The translations under genes were made by a program, and so were the position numbers. Shown here in pieces: positions 41,552-54,355 of a stretch of DNA of 64,000 nucleotides (position 1 is its first letter; each line of letters starts with the position of its first letter). The DNA is from Octopus sinensis (Eukaryota), in assembly GCF_006345805.1 (NCBI RefSeq), contig NC_043002.1, positions 116,498,001 through 116,562,000 on the forward strand. Reading direction: 5' to 3'. Under the pieces are notes generated by a model. The model worked only from the letters and a program-made list of their open reading frames with translations, ran no database searches and had not been told where the DNA came from.

Positions 41552-42293
41552 TATATATATATATATATATTATATTATATATACACACACACACATATGT
41601 ATCATGTGGTGTGTGTTTGGGGGTGTATATAAATATATATAAATATATGTACTGTCATGCACCAGCACACATAGACATAGACACACACACTCACACATAC
41701 ATATACATACTAACACACACACACACATATAAATCAGATTTTACTAGTTATCTATCCATATATAATGCAGGAAATATGTTTTCGTTTAGCTCGTACGCAC
41801 CAATGAGCACGCATGTGTTTCACTCCGTACCAGAAATACATCATTTCTACGTACATTTGTACAAACACAGCTTCTCCTCTTGTACATGTGTTGCCTGAGC
41901 CAGATTAAGGTCAACGGATGTGCTAAGCACAGTCCAACGGTTGTGTCCATCGACGTTTTTATTGTGTCAATGATAAGACTTCAAGACAGGATTGCTGAGT
42001 ATGAATTGACATAAAAAAATCCTGTTTCGTTCCAAGACATTCTTGAAGCCAGAGGACAAAGCTGTCCTCATTTTAACCCGTTTTCCTTTCTTTTATCGTT
42101 TTATTTAATTAAGACACGTATAAAAATTATTTATTAGTTAGTAATATAAGTATGAAGAAATCCATATTTTCATAGCTTTTTAATATATTATCCAACACTG
42201 CAAAAGCTTCTATGATTCCACTTTCCCTTGGTGCCCCCAAGCTAGTGTTCACATCACTTAATAGTTAATTTGGACCTGTCTATGGGAATATAC

Positions 42294-42380
<87 letters not shown>

Positions 42381-43354
42381 CATAATGACACACAATTTAT
42401 AGGTATATATTTGTTTGTGCAAGAATGTGTTCGTGCATGCGCATGATCTACAAGTGAGCAAAAGTGATAGGGTGGTAGAATGTAATGCAAAATAAACAGT
42501 AACTGACACTAGAGTGTATTTGAACAAAAGTAGATGGCTCTGTCTATAGAAATTAGCTTCGATTATAACACTTATCTATATGCACAAATGCTTAAAATGT
42601 ATTCCCTTCTATCAACGTTTTCACTTAATCAGGTCTACAAACACAGGCACACGTACACATATACAAACATACACGTACACTCACCGACACTTGCACAAAG
42701 ACTTAATCATCACTACAAACTTATGCAGACGCATGAACACACGCAAATATGCAGACTAACAAGCAGAGACATACTCAGACACATATATGGCACACACACA
42801 CACATACACACTGCAGCATTATTCAACAGCAAATGTAGGACATTTCTCTCGATACGCAAAAAGAATAAAATTTGTATTTACATATGTATGTATGCTGGGC
42901 TATTTGCATTGACGTGTGTAGGTACATACTTAGAGTGGGATAGACAGACAAACGTGGTGGGAGAATAAAAACAAGGAAACAAATAAATGTGGTTCCGGGC
43001 ATTTTTTATTTTTCACAAATATTAGATAGAGTATGTATGTATGTATATATATGTATGTATGTATGCATGTGTGACATGTGTGTATATATGCATGTGTAAG
43101 CGTTCATATATAAACATGCATACATTCACATACACACACACTCACCTCACACACGCACGCACATCCCTCATACATACCTATATGTATACAGATATATGCA
43201 TATGAATACATACATACACGCACATATATGTATATGAATACATACACGTCCGTATATGTATTTATATATGTGTGTGTGAGAGAGAGAGACTGCATAACTA
43301 TTTATATACATACATATATAAATACATATATATTTATATACGTACATGATACAT

Positions 43355-43408
<54 letters not shown>

Positions 43409-43668
43409 TATCGGTGTTCCAGCATGGCCACAACCTTAGGGCTGAAACGTACAAAAGAATAAAGTATATATATATATACGCGTGGCTGTCTGGTAGGAAG
43501 TTTCTTTCCCAACCATATGGTCCCAGGTTCAGACCCACTGCGTGGTACCGTGTTGCAAATGTTTCTACTATAACCTGACGCCAAAGAAAGTCTTCTGAGT
43601 GAATTTGGTAGACAGAAACTGAAAGAGGGTTTCATGTGTATATATACATACACACATATATATATATA

Positions 43669-43727
<59 letters not shown>

Positions 43728-44077
43728 CTTATAAATAACATAGCGGTTTGTAAATATAAATTGATTAGATAAGAAATGAAGAACAGGGCTTTAAAAATAT
43801 GTACTGGGTCGATTCATTGACTAAAATTTTTGAAGGGTGTGTCCCAGTGGGTTGTAGTTGTTTACAATTTTCAAAATAAAAAGGTAATTTTTTAAATACC
43901 GGCCACTGAAAAAGTTCTTTGAAAACTTTTTTATCCTATATTAGATGTATAATATATATATATATATATATATTATATAATATATATATATATAATATTA
44001 TATATATATAATACATATATATAAATACATATATATATCATATATATATACATATATATATGTGTGTGGTATATATA

Positions 44078-44132
<55 letters not shown>

Positions 44133-44168
44133 CTTTAACATATTATAATTTAGATATATATATATATA

Positions 44169-44210
<42 letters not shown>

Positions 44211-44344
44211 TTCATGAAGACGTTGATGTGTGGAAAGAAGCTTTCTTCCCAACCACCTCGCTCCGGTTTCAGTCTCACTTTATGGCACCGTCGGTAAGTA
44301 TCTTCTGATACAATCCCGGGCCGACCAAATCCTCGTCTTCGCAA

Positions 44345-45532
44345 GTGAATTTGCCTGACTTTACTCCAACATCACCCTCCTCACTGGCACCCATCATCGA
44401 CCCTATCGCATCATCAACTCCTTCACCTGCACCTCCAGCAATATTATCTATTGCGTCTCTTGCTCTCTCTGCCATTCCCTGTACATCGGACAAACGGGAC
44501 GCCGCTTGGCTGACCGGTTCGCGGAACACCTCCGTGACATCCGCCTTGCCAACGACACACCGGTCTCACGCCATTCCCGCTCCACCGGTCACTCCTTGCA
44601 ACACCTGTCTGTGTTCGGTTTGTCCTTGCACAGAGGCCATCCAGATTCCCGTTTGCGCCGTGAACAGAAATTAATCTTCTCTCTTCGCTCTTTTACGCCA
44701 TTTGGTCTCAACTCTCCCCCTCCTCATCTAACCTCCCCCGACCCCTACTTCTCTTCAGTCCTTCAGTCCTTCATCCTTTCACCCCTACTCCTCTTCCCTT
44801 CTTCCCTCTTTCTTCTTCCCTCTTCCCCTTCCCTTTTTCTCTCTGCTCCCTCACTCCCCTTCTCTCTCTCTCTCCCCTCTCCCTCTATCCTCCCTCCTCT
44901 TCTCCTCTCCTTCCTTCTCCCCATTCCCCCTCCTCTTCTCCCCTTTCCTTCTCCCCTTTCCTTCTCCCCCTCCCCCTCATCTCATATCCCCCTCCCCTCC
45001 CCTCCCCTCTCTCCCCCTCATCTCTCCTCTCTCTCCCCCTTACCCCCTCTTCCCCTCTCCCCTCATCTCCTCTCTCTACACTACACCATACGACTTTACG
45101 CATCACCCCTCCTCCTCCCCTCTCCCCCTCATCTCCTCTCTCTACACTACACCATACGACTTTACACATCACATCATATATACATACACACGTCCAGACC
45201 TCTCATACGCACTAATACTCTCTCATACACACACACACTCTTATGTTGGGGCGAGGTCATTTACCCCTATTATCTACTAATTTCGCTCTTGCGTCTCACG
45301 TTTGATCTTTGACTTCTGGCCGAAATCAGATCGCCATGTGATTCGCTAGCCTCTGCACGCATTTTTTTCTCTCCTTCTTCTGTGTTTCTTTTCTGTGTAT
45401 CTTCTGTTGAAGAGCGTAGGCTCGAAACGTAAAAGACTTGTTTTATTTATATTCCTGAGCGCCATACTAATACAATTGTTTGTTTGTATTCCACCTGCCT
45501 TCGTCTTTTGTCTATTTTCATAAAGCTTCCCG

Positions 45533-45533
<1 letters not shown>
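44345..45533 (+). mobile_element. Second, shorter copy of the 36.7-kb PLE (GIY-YIG plus tail)
   Basis: Closely matches 37960-39288; LADRFAEHLRDI...FTPFGLN, with the same tail ending aagcttcccgt-(TA)n. Confidence 0.9.
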
Positions 45534-45570
<37 letters not shown>

Positions 45571-45573
45571 TAT

Positions 45574-45608
<35 letters not shown>

Positions 45609-46382
45609 ACATACATATACATACATATATATATATATACATATATGTAAACTTATATATAAATGTAAGTGTGTTTGTATGTTTTTGTGTCTGTATTTGA
45701 TCTCTATCACTGCCCGACAACCGGTGTACGCGTGTTTACTTAGCGGTTTGGAAAAATGTATTGGTAGATTAAGAACAAGGCTTTAAAAAAGGACTGGGTC
45801 GGTTCATTTGACTAAAGTTCTTGAAGGGTTGTCCCAGCCCGGCCGCACTCTAATGACTGAGACAAGTAAAACAGAAGACGTACTTAAACTGACTTTTTGG
45901 GGACACTACTGGATACATTCAAAGGTAGATAACTCCGTTTCGCCTAGAAAGGGTTTTCGCTTCAAAGAATTTTGTTTCAGGATATTTTTCCTCACAATGA
46001 CGACTAAGAATGGATTTATACCTCCGTTAGTAAAGAGCTTACGTGCCTCCGCCAGCAGGGTCTGATGAGTCGTCTATGTTGCTAAGCAACGACCATAACC
46101 AACGACTGCATAAAATATTACTGCTAAGAAAGAAACCAAAATTAATCGAGTGCGCCTTTGTTTCGGACTTATGAAGAACTTATACACACGCACACACACA
46201 CAATATATATATATATTGTGTATATATATATAATATATATATATGTATGTATGTATATATATGTATGTATGTATATATATATCTATATATATATATATAT
46301 ATATAGATATTATATTAATGTATATCTGTATATATATAACATATATACATACATACAAACATACATACATACATACATACAT

Positions 46383-46428
<46 letters not shown>

Positions 46429-46559
46429 TGTAGGAAAAGGGAGGAATAGAATTCCGATTATCCCCACGTGGTATGTTGTAATGCGAAATAATATTTATGA
46501 AATAAAGAAGGAAAATGCACACAGTTTACATAGTTAAAATATATTTTAAAGGAAAGTGT

Positions 46560-47985
46560 ATTGCGGTTGTCGACCAGTTTCGCTTTCGCTAATCATGACA
46601 TTGCAATTATTGTAATTTCGTATCTTCTTAAGAAGATTTTTGTTTATGTTCTTGTATGAAAGTTTGTGAATGAATCAACAAGTATCTAAGGGGTATTTGA
46701 TGATAGTTATTACTCGGGAGAGGTGAGGTAAATTCTCATTTTTAGGGTGAGATAAATAAACATACAAAAGCTCATAAGCTAAAGCAGTGAGATGAAATAC
46801 ATACAGTGATAGAGATGTGATCATGAATTAAAATATATACTGAGACGAAAGTTGGTTATGCGATCATATTTAGGCGTGTTCTGAATTTTTCGATGAATAA
46901 ATTTTCTATATTTAAATGTTCTTGTACAGAAATTGTTTCTTTGCACTGGTAGATGGGGAAAACCGTCAAACTTGGTTGAAGATTCTCTAAAAATCTCTCT
47001 ATGTGTTCACTCAAAGGTATCTATCTATATTTTGGGAAACGGATATGCTTCTTGTGTAGTGTGGTTCTCCATCTAAGTGCCATATATATAGTCCGTCCTA
47101 TATAGTTATGCCCACACCTGAACAAGTTATAACAAATTTAAATTCTCAGATGTCCAAGTGAAGTTGGTCTTGATTGTGAATCTCTCTCCTTGTTTGGATT
47201 GGCGTTCCGAGCCTTCCAGTAGGATGGGACATGTTCCACAGCTTGGACGTTCACATTTTCTTAACCATTGGTTTCGTGGTAGTTGTGTAAAGCTTCGCAT
47301 TCGTCAGAAGTCTTTTCAGCGATTTGGGTTGTGTCTACATTTGATGAATTTATGTGTTTTCAGAATGCTGTTCATTTCTGGATCCTTAGTGAGCATCGGC
47401 AAATTTTGTATGTAGTGTTGTATGCCTCATTGTTTCTAGGGTTGTTAGTTGATATATACGGTAATACTTTGAGATGAGGCGTGGTGTTTCGTTTTGTTTC
47501 CCTTAGTTTATTGTAATGCCTATTTTCTTGGCACGTTTAATTCCATCATCTATAAGTGAGGGTGGATAGTGTCTCTCAGTTAGTGTTGTCCTGAGGTCTT
47601 GAAGACGGAGGTCTCGAGTATTTCCATCAGACACTATTATTGTGCAAACCTTTTTCATTAAATTAAAGGGAATATTTCTTCTGATCTGTTTCGGGTGGCA
47701 TGAGCTAAAAGAAGATATTCCTTCGTGTCTGTTGGTTTATGATAAATGTCAGTTACAATTTGGTTGTTGTCTTTTTTTTTATCAGAATATATAAGATAGA
47801 GGGTTGTTCTTTGCTATGTTCCATTGTAAACTGAATGTTAGGGTTTATACTATTTAGTATTGATTCAAATTCCAAAAGTTTATCAATGGTCTCATTCAAA
47901 ATGATAAAGCAGTCATCCAGCTCTCTTTTCCAGTTCTCTCTTATATAATGGTGAAATGGATACCCATATTTTTGCATTGACACTT
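46560..47985 (-). mobile_element. Penelope-like element, RT thumb plus GIY-YIG plus tail, decayed
   Basis: ELDDCFII, NSINPNIQFTME, TDIYHKPTDT, KCERPSCGTC, HNYIG. Confidence 0.85.
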
Positions 47986-48018
47986 CATATCTATATATAT
48001 ATATATATATATATATAG

Positions 48019-48050
<32 letters not shown>

Positions 48051-48052
<2 letters not shown>

Positions 48053-48203
48053 CCTAAAACTATCACTTCAGATAAAGAAATAACAATGGGTCTTAAATAC
48101 CCCCTTATATATCTGATATAATATATATATATATATATATATACCTAAAACTATCACTTCAAATAAAGAATATAACAATGGGTCTCAAATACCCCCTTAT
48201 ATA

Positions 48204-48252
<49 letters not shown>

Positions 48253-48263
48253 AAATAATCTCA

Positions 48264-48315
<52 letters not shown>

Positions 48316-48430
48316 AATACCTATATATACCTATCTCAATTTATATATATATATATATGTATATATACCTAAAACTATCACTTCAAATAAAGAATATAAC
48401 AATGGGTCTTAAATACCACCTTATATATCT
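48051..48430. repeat. Three copies of a ~68-bp unit separated by (TA)n
   Basis: tacctaaaactatcacttca...aacaatgggtc...ttatatatctg at ~48051, ~48141 and ~48366. Confidence 0.85.
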
Positions 48431-49073
48431 GTTAAACAACGTGCAAATAAATAAAGATAAAAATATACAAAACAAAAGAGAAAATAAACTTTCAAAATCA
48501 AATAATAAATGCAAAATACAGAATGTTATATACATAGGATATGAATTAAAGTAGTTGATAAACCAGCTACAATGAAGAACTTTTACGGTGAGGTCGAAAA
48601 AAATATATAGCTCAGCTTAGCGTGACAAAATACCTCCAGTTTAGAGGTATTAAATCATTAAATGCATTAAAACCACAACATAGTTCAATATCATTTGGAT
48701 TATAACCCAATTGAGACAACTAATATGGAGCGTATGTAGACCGTAGGTACCATATGAGGAGTCATGGTCAAATCTTAATACACTCAGTGACCTTCACATT
48801 TAAACTTTACAGTATCAAGCAAATATATATATAAGTGCATATCAACAATAATGCACATATATAGACGCAAATATACATACATACAGTTGCGCATTTACAC
48901 TTGCATACACACCAGTAACTACTCATACGCACTTGTAAGTCATAGGATACATATACACAAACAATATAACTGAGTAGACCTTAAAATTACCATCGCAAAG
49001 TATGATGGCATTTATATAGCTTATTATTTAAGCTATACAAAGAAACAATTAGACAACATACACACACACACAC

Positions 49074-49148
<75 letters not shown>

Positions 49149-50042
49149 ATATATACCATATATATGCACATACATATAGAATATACATGGAATATAGCAG
49201 AATTTAGACAGACAGTTCAAGCTATAACGTTCACTTAAGAAACATCAGTGTAAACAAGATCATTTATAAAGAATATTTATACGGATATTTATGTAACAGT
49301 CTTGGAGTTATAACACGGAAAGATATATTGGTTATTGATCCATTCAGAATAATTGAATCTGTATGCGTGTATGATTCAGTTGGAGTTCATCGTTTCGTGA
49401 CCATTGCAATTAAAATGAGAAAAGCAATAGCAGGAAGAAAGGAAGAAAGAAATCGAGAATTATATGCATTTGAACATGCATTCACATAACTTATGTGGAT
49501 TCAAATAATTTTTAAAGGCCCATTTAGGTTTGTGTTTACAATAATTTACTAATACGCGTCTTTTGTGTAATACATAATAATCACCTACCTTAGAGATTTC
49601 AAATGTTTACCATGTATATAAACAACAGACCTGTGTATCTCTCTAGTATATTTGACACGTACTATTATATTCTACTTCATCTTTAGTCTAACTCCTTGAA
49701 AGTTTTAGCTATTTTTGGTGAATAATCGAAGTTCTTGCATTAATACTATTCTTTTTATCGCGTGATAGCTTTCCACTCTTAAGTTATTAACCCCTACAGC
49801 AACGGGGTATATTTGTCCCTAATGGGTAACGATTGACAATATCCCCATCAGATGCATGCTGCCTTAAAAATTGAATTTGTGAGTTAGATTTGGTAGTAAC
49901 ATTGGTACCGCAAAAACACACACATACACACACACACACACACACATGTATATAAAAGGAGAGAGAAAGTTTTAGATTAACTAAGGAATGGTTATGCTTT
50001 AATAAAAGTTTTTGACACGGTTTGTAGTCGATTTTATGTCAC

Positions 50043-50157
50043 GGGCATATGGCGTAGTGGTTAAGAGCATGGGCTACTATCCCCAAGACCCCGAGTTCGA
50101 TTCCAGGCAGTGACCTGAATAATAATAATAATGATAATAATAATAATAATAATAATG

Positions 50158-50212
<55 letters not shown>

Positions 50213-50420
50213 CAACAACAACAACAACATCGAAAAATACCTTATGAATAAGAACCCAGGATCCAAATTTCCCCAAATCACCTGATGAAGGCTGGAGGGT
50301 ATATCAGCCGAAACGTTGTATTAACATCAAAAAGGTGAGGACAAATATCCGTCAAATGTAAATAATGTAAATAATGTAAATAATGTACCTAATTCCTCAT
50401 CTCTTATATATAGAACTGTC
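50043..50420 (+). mobile_element. tRNA-headed non-autonomous element with internal (AAT)n(AAC)n and a hammerhead-like 3' module
   Basis: A box tggcgtagtgg, B box gagttcgattcc, repeat array 50118-50229, CUGAUGA-A-GGCUG..CAGCC-GAAACGUU at 50282-50317, and an (aatgtaaat)3 tail. Confidence 0.7.
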
Positions 50421-51123
50421 CTATGAGATATCTATAGCTTTTATGCACTTCTGCGGTAACCCAAGATACCATTAATATCACTTACTACTATTTATATGAA
50501 TCCTTAATCTTATATTAAATTGCATTACCTTATTTAACCTATTTAGTTAAGCTTCATTGAGGTTGCTACTATATCTGCTAAACCCAGGGTGATCGCACAT
50601 GGCAGTTTTAATTTATCTATTAAATAGATAATGGTATCTAACTCTCGGAGGAAAATTACTTCTAAGTATTTCAAAGAAATACAGGGTAATAATGTTTCCA
50701 TCTGACTACATAGAGGTGGAATATACCAGGTAATATTTTTCTTCCTGATTGATTTCTTATCTTTTTTTAGAGTGTCGCCATAGATATTAGAACATTTATA
50801 TCTTCTATGTTAGAATGCCTTGTTGCAAGCTTGCAAGTATCTGTACTTGTACAGTGTTTTCATAGTGTATGCGTTTATTCAATGTTACATTACAGTACGC
50901 TTAACAAGAGTTTCACTATTTTAAATTCGTCTGCCTGTATGCATAATATCAGAATTTATATATCCCCTGGGACTTCGCGTATTCAACACAGTTTGGTGAA
51001 CATCGGAAGTTCTGAAGTTAATACTATTCTTTTTACCGTGTGATAGCTTTCCACTCTTACTCAACAAATAACTCCTACAGTAGCGGGGTATTTTTGCCTT
51101 TATGGGTGAATAATTGACAATAT

Positions 51124-51295
51124 AGGTGCAGGAGTGGCTGTGTGGTAAGTAGCTTGCTAACCAACCACATGGTTCCGGGTTCAGTCCCACTGCGTGGCAT
51201 CTTGGGCAAGTGTCTTCTGCTATAGCCCCGGGCCGACCAATGCCTTGTGAGTGGATTTGGTAGACGGAAACTGAAAGAAGCCTGTCGTATATATG

Positions 51296-51326
<31 letters not shown>

Positions 51327-51543
51327 TTGTGTGTCTGGTTTTGTCCCCCTAGCATTGCTTGACAACCGATGCTGGTGTGTTTACGTCCCCGTCACTTAGC
51401 GGTTCGGCAAAAGAGACCGATAGAATAAGTACTGGGCTTACAAAGAATAAGTCCCGGGGTCGATTTGCTCGACTAAAGGCGGTGCTCCAGCATGGCCGCA
51501 GTCAAATGACTGAAACAAGTAAAAGAGTAAAAAGAGTAAAGAG
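51124..51543 (+). mobile_element. OK-like SINE, full length, inserted in a locally duplicated unit
   Basis: The flanks match the uninterrupted copy at 49710-49910. Confidence 0.88.
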
Positions 51544-52666
51544 AATATCCCTAGCGGGTACGTGCTGCCTTAAAAATTGAATTTATGAGTTAGATTTGAT
51601 AGTAATATTGTAACCACCTCTTACATTGTTGTTTTATTTAACTTAATCCATGTGGTCTTTTTCATACATCTGCTATGTCATTAATTTTACATTCTTCAAG
51701 GCAAAGACCTTGCCCGTCTTACAACTTATCTGACTTCTATCAGACAGGGCTGTTTCAAGTTGAAGTCTATCATTGGCTCTGTTGATAAGTGCGTTGCGTG
51801 AACCCAATGGCTGGTGTAAACGCATGGAAAATATGGGAACTGTACTGTTTAGTAAGTGCAGAGAAACCTATGACACCGTTCCGAAAAGTCAGGAAATGCT
51901 ACTTTAGCTTCACCATTTGACCTCATTCCATTCAGACGTACTATAGCATGTCAGAATCCACTTTAACAAGTTCACATACAGCAGCATTCTCCCTCTCTTA
52001 CTGCATCAGCAATGGAGACCAATAATTTTCCCAACTTCTTCACAAGCCAACAGAGAGAAAAAAAGGAAGAAAAACCCTCATCTGGTCGATCAAAATATTC
52101 TAAAACGTCACCCAAATATATCACCGATATTCTCAGTTGATCAATCAACAGCAGCATCAATACTTGAATCACAAAAATATCAACTAAAGAATTGCATGGA
52201 GGCTTGCACCATCTAAAAAACGATGTGGCGGTGGTTGCAGAAGAGGAAGAAAACCAAGCACAAGCCAAAGACATTTTACTCACCCCTATCCCCCATGAAA
52301 ATAGGATTGTCGTTTCAATGATTGGTTCACTGATATTTAATAGAACCCTCCACAATGAAGCCAAAGGAAAGGGCAATAATATTTGAATTTTAATATATCT
52401 TCACCCAACAATAACTTACACTAAAAAATGGTTGCAAAACTAAACGTTTTATAAATTATTTTCCGTTAACAATACAACAATACCCCCGAGTTATAATTAA
52501 TGCTTCTGTGCAAATATTCACCGAGATAAAGTTACAGTTGCTTTGTAAATATTTACTTTATGTTTCATGTAAAGCAAGAAGTAAAAGAAAAAAAAATATA
52601 ATATAAAATGTGAAAATCCGGCTATATTATAAATTGCTTGACTAATATATTAAATATGCACAATTT

Positions 52667-52705
<39 letters not shown>

Positions 52706-53035
52706 CCCTTCTCTCTGTGTATTTGTATTTATAACGTATACGTCGCATCTCTACGATTTCCACTGATACTATAATGGCGTCTGTTCTTCTGAAATAGCTA
52801 CTCGTGTACTTCCTCCTCTGAAACACTACTGACCTACTTGTCTTACCTTCTCTCGTCAACTTAGTTGTGTCCAAAGATTGACCCTGCATTTACCATCACT
52901 CTATGTCCTTTCTCACCGGTATTGGAGGCCATGAACATCGCCCCTTTTCCACCCCTTGGAAGTACAAAACAGGTACACATATTCACACTTAAATATGCGT
53001 ATGTTTAGTATATTCATCTGCATAAATAGATACGC

Positions 53036-53106
<71 letters not shown>

Positions 53107-53248
53107 TACATATACATACATACATACATACATACATATTTCTGCAAAATATTAATATAATTTATAAATATATATATACACACACATATATACATACATA
53201 CTTACACACACACCACACACACACACACACACATATATATATTATATG

Positions 53249-53284
<36 letters not shown>

Positions 53285-53347
53285 TTATATATTATATTAA
53301 TATTTAGCAGAAACAACAGAGTGACTCAAGGCCGGAGTTTCATGCGT

Positions 53348-53389
<42 letters not shown>

Positions 53390-53395
53390 GAGAAA

Positions 53396-53953
53396 AAACG
53401 AGAAAAAAGCAACAAGAATGGATTAGTTTTTCAGTACAATTGTTTCATACAACGACAAGCTTTATTAAAAGCTGCAAATATTGCAGCAAATACAAGTGTC
53501 CCGTACTCATCAGTCAAAACACATATGAGTTCTCCAAGCATCCTAGTGGGTGAGGATACACTCATGAAGTATCGGAGATAGTTCTATAAAAAGCAAATTT
53601 AGGTTGTAAGCAGACTTCCAAAGTTCTCAAATGATGATGCACAGTCTTATAACAGGTTTTAAAAAAGCTTGTTAGCTTCACAGAGAAGGTAAATCATCAT
53701 TTGACTGTGCATCATCATTTGAGAACTTTGGAAGTCTGCTTACAACCTAAATTTGCTTTTTATAGAACTATCTCCGATACTTCATGAGTGTAGCCTCACC
53801 CACTAGGATGCTTGGAGAACTCATATGTGATTTGGCTGATGAGTACGGGACACTTGTATTTGCTGCAATATTTGCAGCTTTTAATAAAGCTTGTCTTTGT
53901 ATGAAACAATTGTACTGAAAAACTAATCCATTCTCGTTGCTTTTTTCTCGTTT
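53396..53953. repeat. Long inverted repeat: 251-bp arms, 56-bp spacer, ~98% identity
   Basis: 53396-53646 versus 53703-53953, about 5 mismatches by eye. Confidence 0.95.
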
Positions 53954-54069
53954 ATAATCACCCCACATTATTGTATGGTTAATACCATATAGTTTTCTGG
54001 TGCATCTAAGTTAAGTACCGCATTCAAGTGAATTCAATAGAACTGACTTGAATCCTTAATTGCTTTTAC

Positions 54070-54115
<46 letters not shown>

Positions 54116-54241
54116 GCGTATGTATGCATGTATGAATGTATATACATCATCGCACATCATTCATTTCAAAGCCTTGTTGGATTTGGCGAACAATTTTGCC
54201 GAACCAGAAAGGGTCAATTTTGGTCAACACCAGACACGTAC

Positions 54242-54323
54242 CGTCAGTAATTTCTCAGGGTAGGCAGTTGGTGACCTTTATGTAATAAAACACAAAAAAT
54301 AAGCGAAACACAGGTGCGCGACT
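54242..54323 (-). other. Candidate non-coding first exon (82 nt)
   Basis: Runs from the Inr to the donor ACG|gtacgt and contains no ATG. Confidence 0.45.
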
Positions 54324-54355
54324 GAGTTGAAGACAGATTTACTTCTGCCTTTATA
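54320..54355 (-). promoter_or_regulatory. Pol II core promoter: TATAAAG plus Inr TCAGTC
   Basis: TATA at 54355-54349, 32 nt upstream of the Inr A (54323); CACGTG E-box at 54393-54398. Confidence 0.55.

Noticed and set aside
46060-46120. CTGATGA followed by a GTCGT/ACGAC stem
   Set aside because: There is no GAAA after stem II, and it is on the strand opposite the nearby PLE.
50043-50115. Stand-alone tRNA gene
   Set aside because: A/B boxes are present but the acceptor stem is incomplete and it runs into a repeat body; it is a SINE head.
51950-52390. Protein-like plus-strand fragments (METNNFPNFF..., HGGLHHLKNDVAVV...)
   Set aside because: Interrupted by stops and not assignable to any family without a search.
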